Assembly (NCBI GenBank): GCA_003990765.1
Contig: RBNJ01000154.1
Span: 1-38,821 of the forward strand
Reading direction: 5' to 3'
From: Jimgerdemannia flammicorona
Lineage: Eukaryota
DNA length: 38,821 nucleotides
The notes beneath the pieces are model-generated. The model worked only from the letters and a program-made list of their open reading frames with translations, had not been told where the DNA came from and did no database searches. The translations under genes and the position numbers were made by a program. Positions 1-12,656 of this stretch are shown here, piece after piece (within the stretch, counting starts at the first letter, position 1; the number at the start of each line of letters is the position of its first letter).

Positions 1-199
1 TTTTTTTTATAGTCCCTTGGACTCCATCTTTATTACCAATCTATGAATAAGTATACAATAACCCCACCCTCTACCCTATCCCCAACAGGGGACCCCTCCC
101 CACCTCTTCATGTGTAAAGACCACCCTCTCACCAATAACTCCAACTCTCCCACCACTCTGACCACAGATTTTCACCACCAAGTGATACCTCCGATCCCC

Positions 200-3100
200 C
201 TACAGCCCCCAACCAAGCCACCAGCCTGTCAAGGTATCCTCCATAAGGCACTGCCACTGCGATAACCGGCTCCCCAAGCTCTGTTGCCTCCCCTCCTCAA
301 ATACAAATAGCCAGTGACTGGCCAGCCCAACCCAAATAGCCAATGCCCAGCCTAGAGTAATCCACTCCTCCTCTACCCCTCCTATCAATCGATCCCTCAG
401 ATCCTCCCAGCTCTCCCGTACATCATCACCCCTATGCCTTACCCTCAAGCAGTCCCCAATAGCCCACCAAAAGTCACCCAACACCTCACACTCCCCAAGC
501 CAATGTTCTGGCGTCTGTACAAATCCCCCTTCCTGCCCTACATTATGGCACTCCTCGCAGTCAAAGCAGCCCCCTACAATAAGATGTCCTGAGCGGAAGT
601 TAAGCATCACATTCCTCCTTAGCATACACCACCAGACCACCCAGTACTTCAGCGGTATCCAATTTTTCACCACGGCACTCCAGGTCCAAACCCCCTACCA
701 GTCCCACTCCTCACCAATTCCTACTCCTTGCCAACCACTAGGCTACAGATCCTGGCCTGGTCCCCTTTGGCATTCGATTCCATCACCAATGTCGAACTCC
801 AGTAAAGGCATGCCTCCCAGAAGAATGCCGTCCCATCTCCACATTGCCAGGCCCCAAGCCCTCTCCCTCTCATCCCCTTGCCAGCGAATACCAATGCGGT
901 GTGCCCCCTCAGCTATCCCCCACCAGAAGCCTTTATATCGCAGTTGCCCAGTGTTCTGAAGCCCAACTAACGAAAGAAGATCACCAGTCAAGCCTCTTGG
1001 TGATGTCCGCCTCTCCCATACCTTCTGCAGCAGGGGAACCCAGCCCCCTCCACGCAACTCCACTACCCTCTGAAGCCACCATGCCCTCAAGCAGTGTAGT
1101 CTTTTGGGGAAGTCCACCAGCCTAAGACCACCTCTCACCACTGGTAGGGACAGTGTCTCTCAACCAATCTGACTCTGTCTGCCAGCCCAAATCCATCCCT
1201 TGGCCACCTTCACCAATCGCTTCACCACCCAGGCTGGGAAGTCCAGATGATAAGCCAAATACCACAGTTTTGGCAGCCAGTATACATTCAAAATCAAGAT
1301 CCTTCCTGTCAGAGAGAAGTGTCTTCCCCCCCAACCCCACAGGTCCTCCTCCCAAATTCCAATCCTCTGCTTCCACCACAGCCTGGGCAGAACAGACCCA
1401 TAGACTGACAAATATATGTCCAAGTACTACACTGCCTCTCTGGTGGGGACAATTGTTCCAATAACCTCTCTGCCCACTAGTCCATTACCTAGCACCATCA
1501 TTTTGCACTTGTGCCAATTCAGTTTCACTACAGAGTTCTCCTCATACCACTCCACTGTCTTCTTGAGCTTCTCGACATCCGCAGTTACTCCCAAACCAAC
1601 CACCATATCATCTGCAAAGGCTCCAACTTTCCAGCCAATTCCATAGATAGAAAGCCCCACAATCCTCCGCCAAATTCGGTCCATTAGAGGCTCTAAGGAA
1701 AGTGTATACAAAATGGGGGACAGTGGGTCCCCCTGGGGCACTCCCCTACCCAGAGGGAATGCTACCCCTCTATGCCCATTACACATGAGTGCAGCCCTAC
1801 TCCTTTCCAGTAGGCTGACCATCGCCGCCCGAAATGGGACCAGTACCCCAATCCTATCCAACACTTTTGCCAGCCAGACTCGCTGCACCCGGTCATAAGC
1901 CTTCTCCTGGTCCAAGAAGACAAGATGCCCATCTAGTCCACAGGCTCGAGCACCCTCAATAACTCTATGTACCCAGGCCGTGTCATCTCTAATAAGCCGA
2001 CCCCCTATGAAGCCCCTCTGCTCAACATCCACAATTTGCTGGGCCACCTTCTGCAGCCTTGCGACCACCATCTTAGTCACCAACTTTCTGTCCATATCTA
2101 GCAACATTATCAGCCACCAGTTCTTCCAATCCTCTCGCCTTCCCTTATTCTTATAAAGCAGTGTCACCAGCCCAAGATCCTGCTCTCCCACCCATCTCTC
2201 GGACTGCAATACGGAGTCACACATTGCCGTCAACTCTCCCAATATGCTGGGAACTCCAATCATTCTCTTCCAGAAGTCCCAGGGGAGGCCATCCTCCCCA
2301 GGCGCCATACCTGAGGCTGTTGCGGCAAGAACCTGGTGGATCTCGTCCTCCTTTACAGGCATCACCAGGTCACCTAATCCCTTAGCTCGTGGAGGGTACC
2401 AATCTTCTAATGTTTGTTCAATGGCTGTAGCATCTGCCCCACCCTCCTCCTCGCTCCACAATCCACTCCATCGCACCTTCAGTATTCCAAGGATATTCTG
2501 TACACCATGTACTAGTCTACCATCTGAGTCAAGTACCCCTTCCCACTGCTGCTGTACCCTTCTCGCTCAAAGCATCCTTGTAAGAAACTTGAAAGGCCTC
2601 TCCCCTTCCTCCAGCCCCTGCCAACGAAGCTGTGCCACCAGGCCTTGCACCCTTGACTCTTCCTCTTCCCACAGCACCTGTTGTAGTTCCCCAATCTCCA
2701 TCTTTGCCCTTGTTATTCTCCAATCCTCTTCTCCCTCCACTACTGCCAGACTCGCCCACTCCTCCAGAAGCCTAGCCAATCTAGTAGAAGCCCAATGCAA
2801 TCTCTGCCTTCGCTGCCTCCCAGCCACTCTGCCAGCCTCGCTCCAATACATCCTGGCCATCTCTTTCATCCTCCTCCACTGAACCCCAATTGTGGCCCCT
2901 TCCTGCCACCAATTTGCCACCTTCATCTGAATGTCATTTGCCCACTCCTCTCACCAGAACTTGTCATCCAATAAGGAGGAATTCAGATGCCAATGTCCAG
3001 GCCCATCACCACTTCCCCCAAAACACCCCTGGCCCAAAAGGTCCCAGTGGTCTGACCACAGACACCATTATACCTCTAGCCCCTTCCAAATGTCACAGCC

Positions 3101-3727
3101 CCAACAGTCGGCCATCAGGATCCAGTCAATTCTTGTCCCCAGACCTCCAGCCCAATGCATATATACCCTCCTATCCCTCCAGTATTCCCTACCAGCATCT
3201 ACCAGCGCTCCTAGCCTTTCGACCTCCTCCCACATTGCCAGCCCCCCACTCCTGCTCTCAGCACCCCATCCTTCATCAGTTCTATCCAGCCATACATCCC
3301 GAACTATATTGAAATTGCCTCCAAGTATATCCATCCCAGCTTCAGCAAGGATCCCACTCTCCAGGAGCCCTTTCACCCAATCCACATGCTCTCCCCACAC
3401 AGCAGGGCAGTAACAGGAGCCAACTGTAACTGGCTCCCACCCTGCATGAATCCACTCACCCCAGACCAGTCTCTCCCCCCAGCTCCTCACATTCTGTATC
3501 TCCCCTCTGCCTTTCCAAACCAGAATCCTGACCTTGCTGTTCCAAATTGCCATACCACCCCATTTCTTAGTCCATTCCATCCTATCATAATCATCCTTGC
3601 ACCTGACATCCTGCAAGAGGAAGAGATCAGCCTCCAATTCCTTCAACCAAATAAAAATGTTCCTGCATCTAACTATACTCCTTAGCCCATTCACATTCAA
3701 AGAAAAAAAGTTGGTTGTACTGTTCAT
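200..3727 (-). pseudogene. LINE ORF2 (AP endonuclease - reverse transcriptase - CCHC-like C-terminus), frameshifted
   Basis: APE motifs SLNVNGL, GGNFN, RIDWIL and WSDH (~3047-3058). RT motifs APGEDG, LDQEKAYDRV, GVPQGDPLSP and FADD in 1427..2476. C-x2-C...H-x4-C in 200..673. Split over several frames. Confidence 0.92.
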
Positions 3728-3757
3728 AATGAAATATGGTTTGTTTGCAATCAATCC

Positions 3758-5788
3758 CTACTGCTCCATGCCCCTCTCCTCCTGTGCCATGTCCAGAATG
3801 TGTTCAGCCATCACCTCCTCCTCTTCAGCCCTCTGAGCCTCCAGTCCAGCCAACAGCTCATTCATCTCCTCATCAGCCTTCTTCTCAAACTCCTCTCTGT
3901 ACTCAATGCAAGCCTCCTGCCAAAGCTGCAACCTATGACACCTGTTCCAACAGTACTCAGCCTTCTCCCCAGCAATAACCGCCAACTCTGCCTCCCTCTC
4001 CTTGTCTACCTCAAACCCTTCCTCCTCCAGATACACTGCAAGAATTTCTGCCTTCAGCACCATCGCCACTCCTTCCCCCTGCAAAATTCTTGCCCAGTAC
4101 TCGTCACTCATCCCATGCAAGTCCACCTCCCCCAGCTCTTCTGCTGCCAGGTTGTTCATCATCCAGTACATCCAAAGTAGGTTCCCCACCTCCTTCCCAC
4201 CAGGGGTCACTGGCCTCCCTCCATCCAGCATCATGGTGTCAGCCCCAGCACTCGCATCCTCATCCCACCCCTCCGGGACATCCACCAGTTCCTCCTCTCC
4301 GGCCGCCACTACCTGGTCCTCATCCATTATCTCCAGAATGCTGAATTTCACCTGCTGGGTCCCCAGCATCGTCACGTCCTCCCCAGATTTGTTCCTGGAA
4401 GCCAGGCCACACCTGATAAGAGGGGAAGGGGTGAGGGAGTTCTCCCAGACTTCCTCCCAAACCTCCAAGGTACCATCTGTATATGGGTTGTTAATCATTA
4501 CCTCTTTTGCCTTCCCTGTCTTTGCCCCATCATTCCCACTCCTCTCACCAGCCCAGACACTCGCTCTAGCCCCTTCTGCACCCATCTTCATGCTCGCATC
4601 CTTCTGTGGTCCACCCCCCAGTTTAGCCAGCAGATCCTTCTGCCTCTTCTGCCCCTGAGCCCTTTCCCACTGCACCTTGTCTACTCGAATCCTCTTCCCA
4701 TCCACTATCTCCAGGTGCGTTGACTCCTCGAAAGTCTTCCAGGCCTTGGCACGCCGTTCCACAGCCCCATCCAGCTCCTCCAGCACTTCCAATAAATCCT
4801 CCTCCTCTTCTTCACTTCCTTTCACCCACGTCACCTTGCACAGGAATGCACCCCAAGCCATCGCTGAAGGCCAGTCCCTCATCTTCCCAGTAGCCTCTTT
4901 TCCGGCCAGCTGAATCCTCACATCTATGTTCCCAGTCCTGAGTGTGGTCCCTTCCCAGACCCTGAATCCAATATCCACTACCTTGCCATACTCCGCCATG
5001 ACATCCTCCACTCTCTTCCTCATCTCCATCGCCATCACCATGGGGACTCCTTTCACCAGCAGTTGGACCACCCTCAGATCCCATCTCAAACACCTCACCA
5101 TCGGAACACACACCTCTTTAACCACCAGCCCAACCCTCAGTGCCTCCTCCAGCAGTTCAACCCCCTCAAAACCCACCTCCACCCCCTCCAGTCCCTTCAG
5201 GAACTTCACTGAAGCTGCTCCAGCCATCTGCTTAGCGATAAGCCTCAACACCATTTTTGCTATCACCGCTAAGCCCCAGAAACACAGCATGACTGCGATC
5301 ACCGAGATCAACTTCTTGAGTAATGGAGCCACCATCAGTCCCATTACACCATCTGCCAGGTTCCCAGGCCTCGTGCCCTTCCCACCATTTGGCTCACCAT
5401 CAGCAGTCCCATCTAGATTTTTTTCCAGATCACCCATCACACCCCCATCAGCAGTCCCTGCCCCAGCCGCTACCCCCCCAGCTCCACCTCTATGGCCCTC
5501 CAGAGAGGTACCCCCAAGAGGTTGCTGCCTGGCAGCCTTTACCGGTACCTTCCCCCCTCACAGCCAGCTCTCCAGTCCAGCCCCTTGCTGACCCCCCTTC
5601 ACCTTCTCCACAAAGCTCACCCTGCCAGACCCTTGACCTCCAGCTCTGCCCTCTCCTCCACTATGGCCTCCCACCAGCAGGCCCCTCATACTTCCCCCCA
5701 AGCCGGGGCCTCTCCCCACTTGCTGCCATCCAAATGCTCCAGGGCCACCCTGCCCAGTATGTACCTCTGGATGCTCATTGGTCGCCAT
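3758..5788 (-). pseudogene. LINE ORF1 (putative RNA-binding/chaperone protein), frameshifted near the N-terminus
   Basis: 560-aa ORF 3758..5440 ends 30 nt before the ORF2 ATG. Likely true start is MATNEHPE at 5788. Glu-rich coiled-coil-like C-terminus. Homologous decayed copy at 19706-20930. Confidence 0.8.
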
Positions 5789-5894
5789 AATACTAGTAGC
5801 TTTTCTCCAGAAACTATGTCAAAAGTGTTGCCAAAGATTGTGTAACCTGAATGTTACCAGAGAAAGATGTGTCAATTTGATTCATTGGGAGCAC

Positions 5895-6717
5895 TAACCC
5901 AGACCAATTCCTGTAAGGATTGATCTCAGTATTCTAAGGCCCAAGCATCTAGGTTAGACCTCTCCAAGACTCCACATTTGTTCCCTATTTTGTGGAAGAG
6001 AACATCATAGACTGGAGAGCTCCAGACCTCCTTCCCACCACCAAATGTGATGACATCATCGGCAATGATATCATCCTGTACAACATATGCAAGATGTGCA
6101 ATGAAGCACATGAAGTATATGAAATGTGTGATGATGATGAATTCATAGACCTCATCTCCTTCGAAGACATCCTGATCTCTGATGATGAAGTCTCATTGTC
6201 CTGAACATTCTACTCTAAGTCTCTTAGTTACACTGAATAATGCCAGCACTAGCATTCTGATGTAACACTGAATAATGCCAGTACTAGCATTCTGATATAA
6301 TACTGAATAATACCAGCACTGGCATTCTGATGTGATACCAAATTATACCAGTATCCTGAACCTATACAACTATCAGTACTGACTCTGGAACTTAGCAGTT
6401 TTTCCTATCCTGGCATTTTATTTTAGTTATTGGAATTTATATTTAGCTTTATATCTTAGCAACCATTGAATTATATTTTGTATAAATATTCCTCTTATTT
6501 TCTCTGAAATAAAGTCAATTTAGTGCAATACCTATACTTCCTTACAAGTAATCTAAGAGATAACAAGACAGTTTAAAGATAAGAAGTTTAAGGACTATAA
6601 GACCTTGGGAAGGTACTCAAATAAGAACTTGCTTATAACAAAACTTGAGTTAGTCTAAGAGATATATCTTGAAGAGAATCTGGTATATTTGAAGGACTCA
6701 GTGACTACTATGTGACA
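5895..6717 (+). repeat. 5' LTR of family A copy 1 (right half only; cut by the LINE)
   Basis: Collinear with 13169-13950 and ends ...tatgTGACA. TATAAAT at 6481, AATAAA at 6508-6513. Confidence 0.93.
6231..6355 (+). repeat. 35-bp tandem repeat (~3.5 units) with an internal 18-bp palindrome, 5' LTR
   Basis: Unit cactgaataatgccagcactagcattctgatgtaa at 6231, 6266 and 6301, plus a partial unit. Confidence 0.9.
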
Positions 6718-6720
6718 ACT

Positions 6721-6735
6721 TGGTGCCCATTGGCT
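6721..6735 (+). promoter_or_regulatory. Primer-binding site (tRNA identity uncertain; Lys-like if TGGTGCCC derives from TGGCGCCC)
   Basis: TGGTGCCCATTGGCT begins 4 nt after the LTR end (3-nt spacer). TGG is complementary to the tRNA CCA end. Confidence 0.75.
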
Positions 6736-6837
6736 AGTGATTCAAGACAAATCCCTCACTTTCAAGCTGAAAAATGAACAACCCCCACAACAACTACCCT
6801 GACTACAAGAGTCACCCCTGTAAGAATTCAAGATAAG

Positions 6838-9800
6838 ATGGAAATATGTTCCTCTATATTTTATGGATATACTACTAAAGAGTCAATCCTGATCTTTATT
6901 GAAGACTTTGAACAATTCACTGCTGTACAAGCCCTTGGTATAGATGCACAATTGGCCCTTCTACCAGTCAGCCTCAGAGGACCTGCCAGAGATAAGTTTA
7001 ATGTAGCCATTATTGCTGATAATGGTGCAGCCAAACTTGCTAACATGAAGGCCTTCCTCAGAACAATATACTATACTGAAGAAATTAAGCAAGCTCTCAA
7101 GGATCAACTCAATACTATCTGCTAGGAACTTAGTGAAGATTCCAACTCATTCTATACTTGAATCTGCCACCAGATTGTCTTGGCTGACTATGATGATGCC
7201 CTCAAGGAACAAATAGCAGATTCAATCTTCCTCAAAGGAGTTCACTCTGAAATTACTCTAATAATCCAGTCTACCCCAGCTATACTGACCCTTGATCAGA
7301 AAGTGGTCTTTGCACAGAGATATTAGACTGCCAGAAACCCTGCTGAACACTCAATAGAAAAAATAACTATTATCAAGATGGAGCCATCAAAGCCAACCAG
7401 TATTATATCTACTACAGTTGTAAACAGACAACCAATCCCACCTACCCCCAAGGTAATCAAAGCTGACCCAGTGGAAGAACTCACCAAGCAGTTTGCCAAG
7501 ATGACTGTACACCTTGGTAATGTTGTTAGAGAAGTCCAAAGTACCAACAGGAGACCAGTGCAGAGATTTGCAGCTGCTATAGAAGAACACAATATCACAT
7601 GCTTCAGATATGAAGAAGAAGGCCACTATGCAAAGAATTGTATGACTGAAATGAGATGCAAGGTCCAACCAAGCAATACTAGCAGAACTAGAGAACAAAC
7701 CAATACAGTAGTCATCAAGGAGATTGGTGATACTGATGATGAAGAATACTATAAGAAGCTCGAATTCTACCCTACTCCTAAAGGTACCAGAACCTGGTCC
7801 AAGCCCTATGACAAGAAGAGCAACAGCAAGCCAGTTAGAAGACCAAAGAAGACCCCAGCTATCACTATTCAAAGCAAGACTCAACCCGAGGAGATTGATC
7901 AAGACATGGAGTTAGATAAAGTTGCTTGCCAAATCATTGAAGGTACTACTCCAGTCTCAGGAGAAAGCAAAAGCAAGAAGGAACAGAAGCTACACAAGAC
8001 CAAGATCCATCAGTATAATATCTATAAGGACTTCAAGGAATAGAAGGTCAATGCCACTTTTGGACAACTAGCTGAAGTCCCTGCCTTTAGACAGCAGTTG
8101 AGAGTAGAACTTGCAACTATAGCCAAGAATCAAGAGTACAAGATTGTAGAAGCTTATAATGTACAGGAAGAATCTGAAAACTCAGGTAAAGAATCTGAAG
8201 ATTAGTGCAAGACATCAGCCTATACCCTATATCAGATTGAAGACTATATCATCATTGATACCAGTGCTGGAGGATGCCTTATGAGCAAGAAGGCAATTGA
8301 GTGCCTAGGTTGGGATATTGAAGAGTCCACCAAGATGGTCTATATTACAGCAGATGGTACATGAGCTACCCTCCTTGGCAAAATCTGAGAAGTCCCCATC
8401 AAGATAGAAGGAGCTACCATCCCAGTAGATGTGATTGTTATAAGCACTACCAACTATGACATTCTCATTGACAACTAATGGCTTTACAAGGCCAAGGCCA
8501 TCATTGACCTCAATGCCCAGAAGATGCAGATCAACTACAGAGGAAGAAAGGTATGAGTCTCTATCAATGTCCACAAAGAAGTTCTACCAGACATGGAGGA
8601 AGGAGATGAAGAGGACACAGAGATCTTCATGCACTCGGTGAATAAGAACAAGAACAAGAACAAGACACCCAAGCTCACAGATAAGCAGTGGTATAACAAG
8701 ATTATTGATGGCTATGCTCTTTAAGGAAGATACCCCCATGGTACTAGGATGTACTGCTCTGAATACCTGAATGACTGCTGGTCCTATATTAGTGAAGTTA
8801 GGAAAATTCATCAACAGAAACACAAGCAAGAAACTGCTGAAGAAAAAAGAAAAGCCAAAGAAGATGACCAGCTCTCAGAGCTTCAAGCCAACAGTGATGA
8901 TGAGGAGGAACAAGAATCAGACATCACCCTCAAGGTTAAGAAGTTTCACCCTGAAGCCAAGATCCCAGAATATAAGACTGAAGAAGCTATAGAAATAGAC
9001 CTTGCTAGCATTTAAGACACTATCCTCGAACCACAGACCACCACCCTACTTGGTACTGGAATTGGAGTCAAGCTGACAGAAAACTATGCCAGAATTATCA
9101 AGACCAGGAGCAGTCTGGCCAAAAGTGAAATCTCAGTTGAAGGAGGAGTAATTGACCCTGATTATACTGGTGAGATCTTTCTCATAGTCAGAAATCACAA
9201 CCCCACCACCCCATTTGAAGTCAAGAAGTATGACAGGATTGGCCAGATGCTGATCTACGAAATCAAGAAACCCAAGATCACTGAAGCCATCAAACTCATC
9301 AAGATCAAGAGAGGAGAACAAGGCTTTGGATCTACTGGAAGAGGAGTCTATGCTACTATCAAGATTACTGAACTTGAGCACAAGAAAGATAAGGACCAGA
9401 ACAAGCACACATATATAATTGAAGAAAACTTTCCCCTAGAGGAATAACTTCTCAAGATCCTACACCAGAATGAAGAGGTACTTGCTACAGACTTTAGAGA
9501 TATCCACAATCAAGAACCCAAGTACTATCACGAAGTTGACACTAGTGATACCCAGCCCATCTACCAGAAAGCCAGACCTATACCACCAGCCTACAGAGAA
9601 TGGCTGCAAGCAGAACTCAAGGAAATGGAAGAAGCCAGAATCATCAAGCAAGCTATCAGCCCCTGGGCTTCACCTATTGTCCTTACCCCAAAGAAAGGAA
9701 GCAAGCCTGGAGAGTTTGCACTAAGACTCTGCATTGACTACAGGAAGCTCAATACCATCACCAAGAAGGATAGACAGCCCTTGCCAAATATTCAAGAAAT

Positions 9801-10860
9801 CCTTACCACCCTTGGAAGTGAAGCTAAATACTACACCACCCTGGATCTGTTCTCAGGCTTCCATCAGATTAGTCTCACTCAAGATACCAGTGAGAAATCA
9901 GTCTTCATCATACCTGATGCCACCTATATCTAACTATAAATGCCATTTGGAATGTGCAATATCCCAGCAAGTTTCCAGTGAATAATGAACAGAGTCTTCA
10001 GTAATAAGATTGGAAAATGACTCTTTGTCTATATTGATGATGTGATCATCTTCAGCAACACTGCACAGGAATATGTCAATCATATACAGCTAGCTCTCAA
10101 GAAGCTCAAGGAGCATGGCCTCTATATTAATCCCAAGAAATATAAGTTTGCAGCTCAAGAAATCGCCTATCTAGGACACCTCATCAACCAGATCAGAATC
10201 TATACAGATCCCATGAAGATCGAGACTATTGCAGCCTACCCAAGACTCAGAACAACTACAGAAGTCCATGCCTTCCTTGGACTAGTCAGCTACTATAGAA
10301 GATTCATCAAAGGATACTCCAACATTGCAGCACCTATCTACAAGCTACTGAAGAAGGAAATCAAATTTGAATGGACCAAGAAGTACTAAGAAATCTTCAA
10401 TGACCTCAAGACCAGATTGACCCAGGCACCTATCCTCAGAAGACCAGATTGGAACCTAGAATTCATCCTGCAGACAGATGCAAGTGCTACAGGACTTAGA
10501 GTCATCTTAGCTCAGAAGAAAGATGGACATGAATATGTCATCTCCTATACAAGTTGAGGTACCCACAGAGCAGAACAGAACTATGAGTCATGCAAGCTCG
10601 AATGCTTAGCAGTAGTCTGAGCAGTAGACAAGTTCCACTACTATCTAGCCAAGAAACACTTCACCATTCAAACAGACCATTCTGCTCTTGCCTGGCTATT
10701 CCACACTCTGAACCCCAAAGGAATATATGCCAGATAGATCTATAGACTGCAAGAGTATAACTATACTGTCAAGCACTGCTCAGGAAGAATCAATACCAAT
10801 GCTGATGTACTCTCAAGGACACCCTGAAACACTCTCATCAAGATTACTCAATATGAATAA
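6838..10860 (+). pseudogene. Single-frame Gag-protease-dUTPase-RT-RNase H polyprotein with many point-mutation stops
   Basis: ORF fragments at 6838, 7378, 8749, 9247, 9625 and 10042 share one frame. Decayed zinc knuckle CFRYEEEGHYAKNC (~7600), protease IIDTSAG (~8250), RT SPWASP / LCIDYRKLN / YIDD (10030-10041), RNase H QTDAS, TDHSAL and ADVLSR. TAA at 10858-10860. Confidence 0.93.
8923..9339 (+). pseudogene. dut: Trimeric dUTPase domain between protease and RT
   Basis: All five motifs in order: AIEIDL (decayed AxGxDL), TRSSLA, GGVIDPDYTGEI, DRIGQM, RGEQGFGSTG. Confidence 0.95.
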
Positions 10861-12049
10861 GGAGCTATACTATGGATTAATTAGCTACCTTGGGCAGCAG
10901 AAGATATCCAACCATCTTGAACCCTGGACAATCACTATTATCAACTGAACTTAGAAATAGTTTGAACTAGACAACATTACACTCAGAAAAAGAGGAAAGC
11001 TAGTAATATCTGAATACAAGAAGTATCAAGTAATGAAGAAAGTACATGAGCAAGGATACCTAGGAGGAACTAACACATATGATAAGGTAAGAAGAATCAT
11101 ATGGTGGCCTAAGATGGAAGAAGACCTGTGCCAATTTGTCAAAGGGTGTGATAAGTGCTAAAAACAGAAACAAGATCAGCAAGACCAGGCACCTGGGTCA
11201 TCAAGAATTGAGCCTATCCCCTTTCACCATATTGCAATGGATATCATTGAGCCACTATCAGTAACACTATCAGGAAACCACTATATTATAGTTATTGTAG
11301 ACCTCTTTACCAAATGGATAGAAGCAGGAGTATTACAAGAAGCCAATGCCCTCTCTATAGCTGACTTCCTATACTAAGAAATCATCTACTACTATAAGAC
11401 ACCAAAGCAAATCACAACAGACTGTGGTACAGAATTTATCAATAGATTCCATGAGATAATATATCAGAAATACAAGATCCAGTACATCAAGACCACCGCA
11501 TACCACCCTCAAGGAAATGGACAGACAGAAAGAACTAACAAGACCCTCAAGAACATCCTGGTAAAAATATCAGAGACATATGAGAGTTGGGATAATTATC
11601 TCCCAACTGCCCTCTCTGTCCTATGAGATATATGATCACAGAGCATACACTTTACCCCAAGAGAACTGCTCTTTAGAGAAGAAGATTCTGATGGAACCTC
11701 AGCTACAAATCTAGACCTAACTTGGAGATAGGTTGATGCAGAAATCTGGAGACTACACCAAATCAGAAAGAAGGCTGAAGATTATATTATCAAGTCACAA
11801 GTGCTGACAAGAAAGAATGCAGAAAAGAATCACAAGACTCTAGAACCCATCTGAATCGGAGAAAAAGTCCTACTGTATTGAAATATGGTAGAAGCCTCAT
11901 GGTCACGAAAACTGGAGCCCAAATAGGAAGGACTCTTCTATGTGCAAGATATCAAGAGAACTATCTTCTGGCTTAGAAAAATCTCAGAGACTATACTGCC
12001 TACCATGGTACATAGGAACAGACTTAAGAAGTACCACAAACCTATATAA
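10853..12049 (+). pseudogene. Integrase in a separate (+1) reading frame with its own ATG
   Basis: MNKELYYGLISYLG start. H...WWPKM...CDKC zinc finger. Core PFHHIAMD, VDLFTKWIEA, TTDCGTEF and YHPQGNGQTERTN. GPF-like KLEPK(W)EG(P)F. TAA at 12047-12049. Confidence 0.92.
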
Positions 12050-12403
12050 GAGAAGCAAAACATGATGATTGCCTACAAGGTTCTAGTCCATGAATCATAA
12101 CAGCATGTCCTGTGACCAGCAGGCTATCTGTCTGAACCATTCTCTAAGAGATATGGCACCAGCAACTACTCATCCATGAGACTTTTGAAGCCAGAGGAGT
12201 TTGAACTATCAACTGATTGGTCAAGATCAGAATTAGGCCCTTGCTCTATATGAAGAGAGTGACTCTTCAACATCATGCCAAAATACAAAGAGAAGATGCC
12301 AGCCCATAAACACCACTTTTTGACTCCTTGCCAGAGGTTATGGGATCAGCAAATTTTTCAGGACTGGACCAATAAATAAGGATGCTCAAGAAGATCCTTA
12401 TTT

Positions 12404-12413
12404 AGGAGGAAGA
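12404..12413 (+). promoter_or_regulatory. Polypurine tract
   Basis: AGGAGGAAGA lies directly before TGTAATG. The same tract is in copy 2 at 28432-28441 (minus). Confidence 0.8.
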
Positions 12414-12656
12414 TGTAATGGTGACTCCAGAATGATGACATTAGTACAGGAGACAGTCTTTCCTTGCAAGTCACCAGATCAGAGCATAAGAAGATCATAT
12501 GGTATATGAGATGAGCAATGATGACCAACTGTAAGTCATTGTGACTACAGTACAAGTATCCTGAGGAATATAAAAGAAGGATTAAGGAACCACAGTAGCA
12601 GCAACCAACAAGACCCACTAATCTCAAAATAGCTCAAAGACTTACTACAAAATGAA

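Larger units (their letters stand above)
1..5894 (-). mobile_element. Near full-length non-LTR retrotransposon (LINE, L1/Tx1-like: ORF1 + APE-RT ORF2), inactivated
   Basis: Poly(A) tail appears as a T-run at 1-8, with minus-strand AATAAA (tttatt, 29-34). ORF2 has APE, RT and C-terminal Cys/His motifs, with ORF1 upstream. The 5' end abuts gypsy LTR sequence at 5894/5895. Confidence 0.93.

Noticed and set aside
5250..5345. Hydrophobic stretch in LINE ORF1 as a transmembrane/env-like segment
   Set aside because: The homologous copy at 20210-20330 encodes more polar residues. The hydrophobicity is plausibly inflated by C>T decay.
844..5845. Many Ser/Pro-rich plus-strand ORFs
   Set aside because: They are antisense shadows of the G-rich LINE coding strand and carry no motifs.
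6231..6355. 35-bp palindromic repeats as a CRISPR array
   Set aside because: Units are contiguous with no unique spacers, no cas genes are present, and the array sits in both LTRs of a eukaryotic retroelement.
12050..12403. Chromodomain or extra ORF between integrase and PPT
   Set aside because: No chromodomain motif. Several stops are shared by both copies and no frame is clearly favoured.
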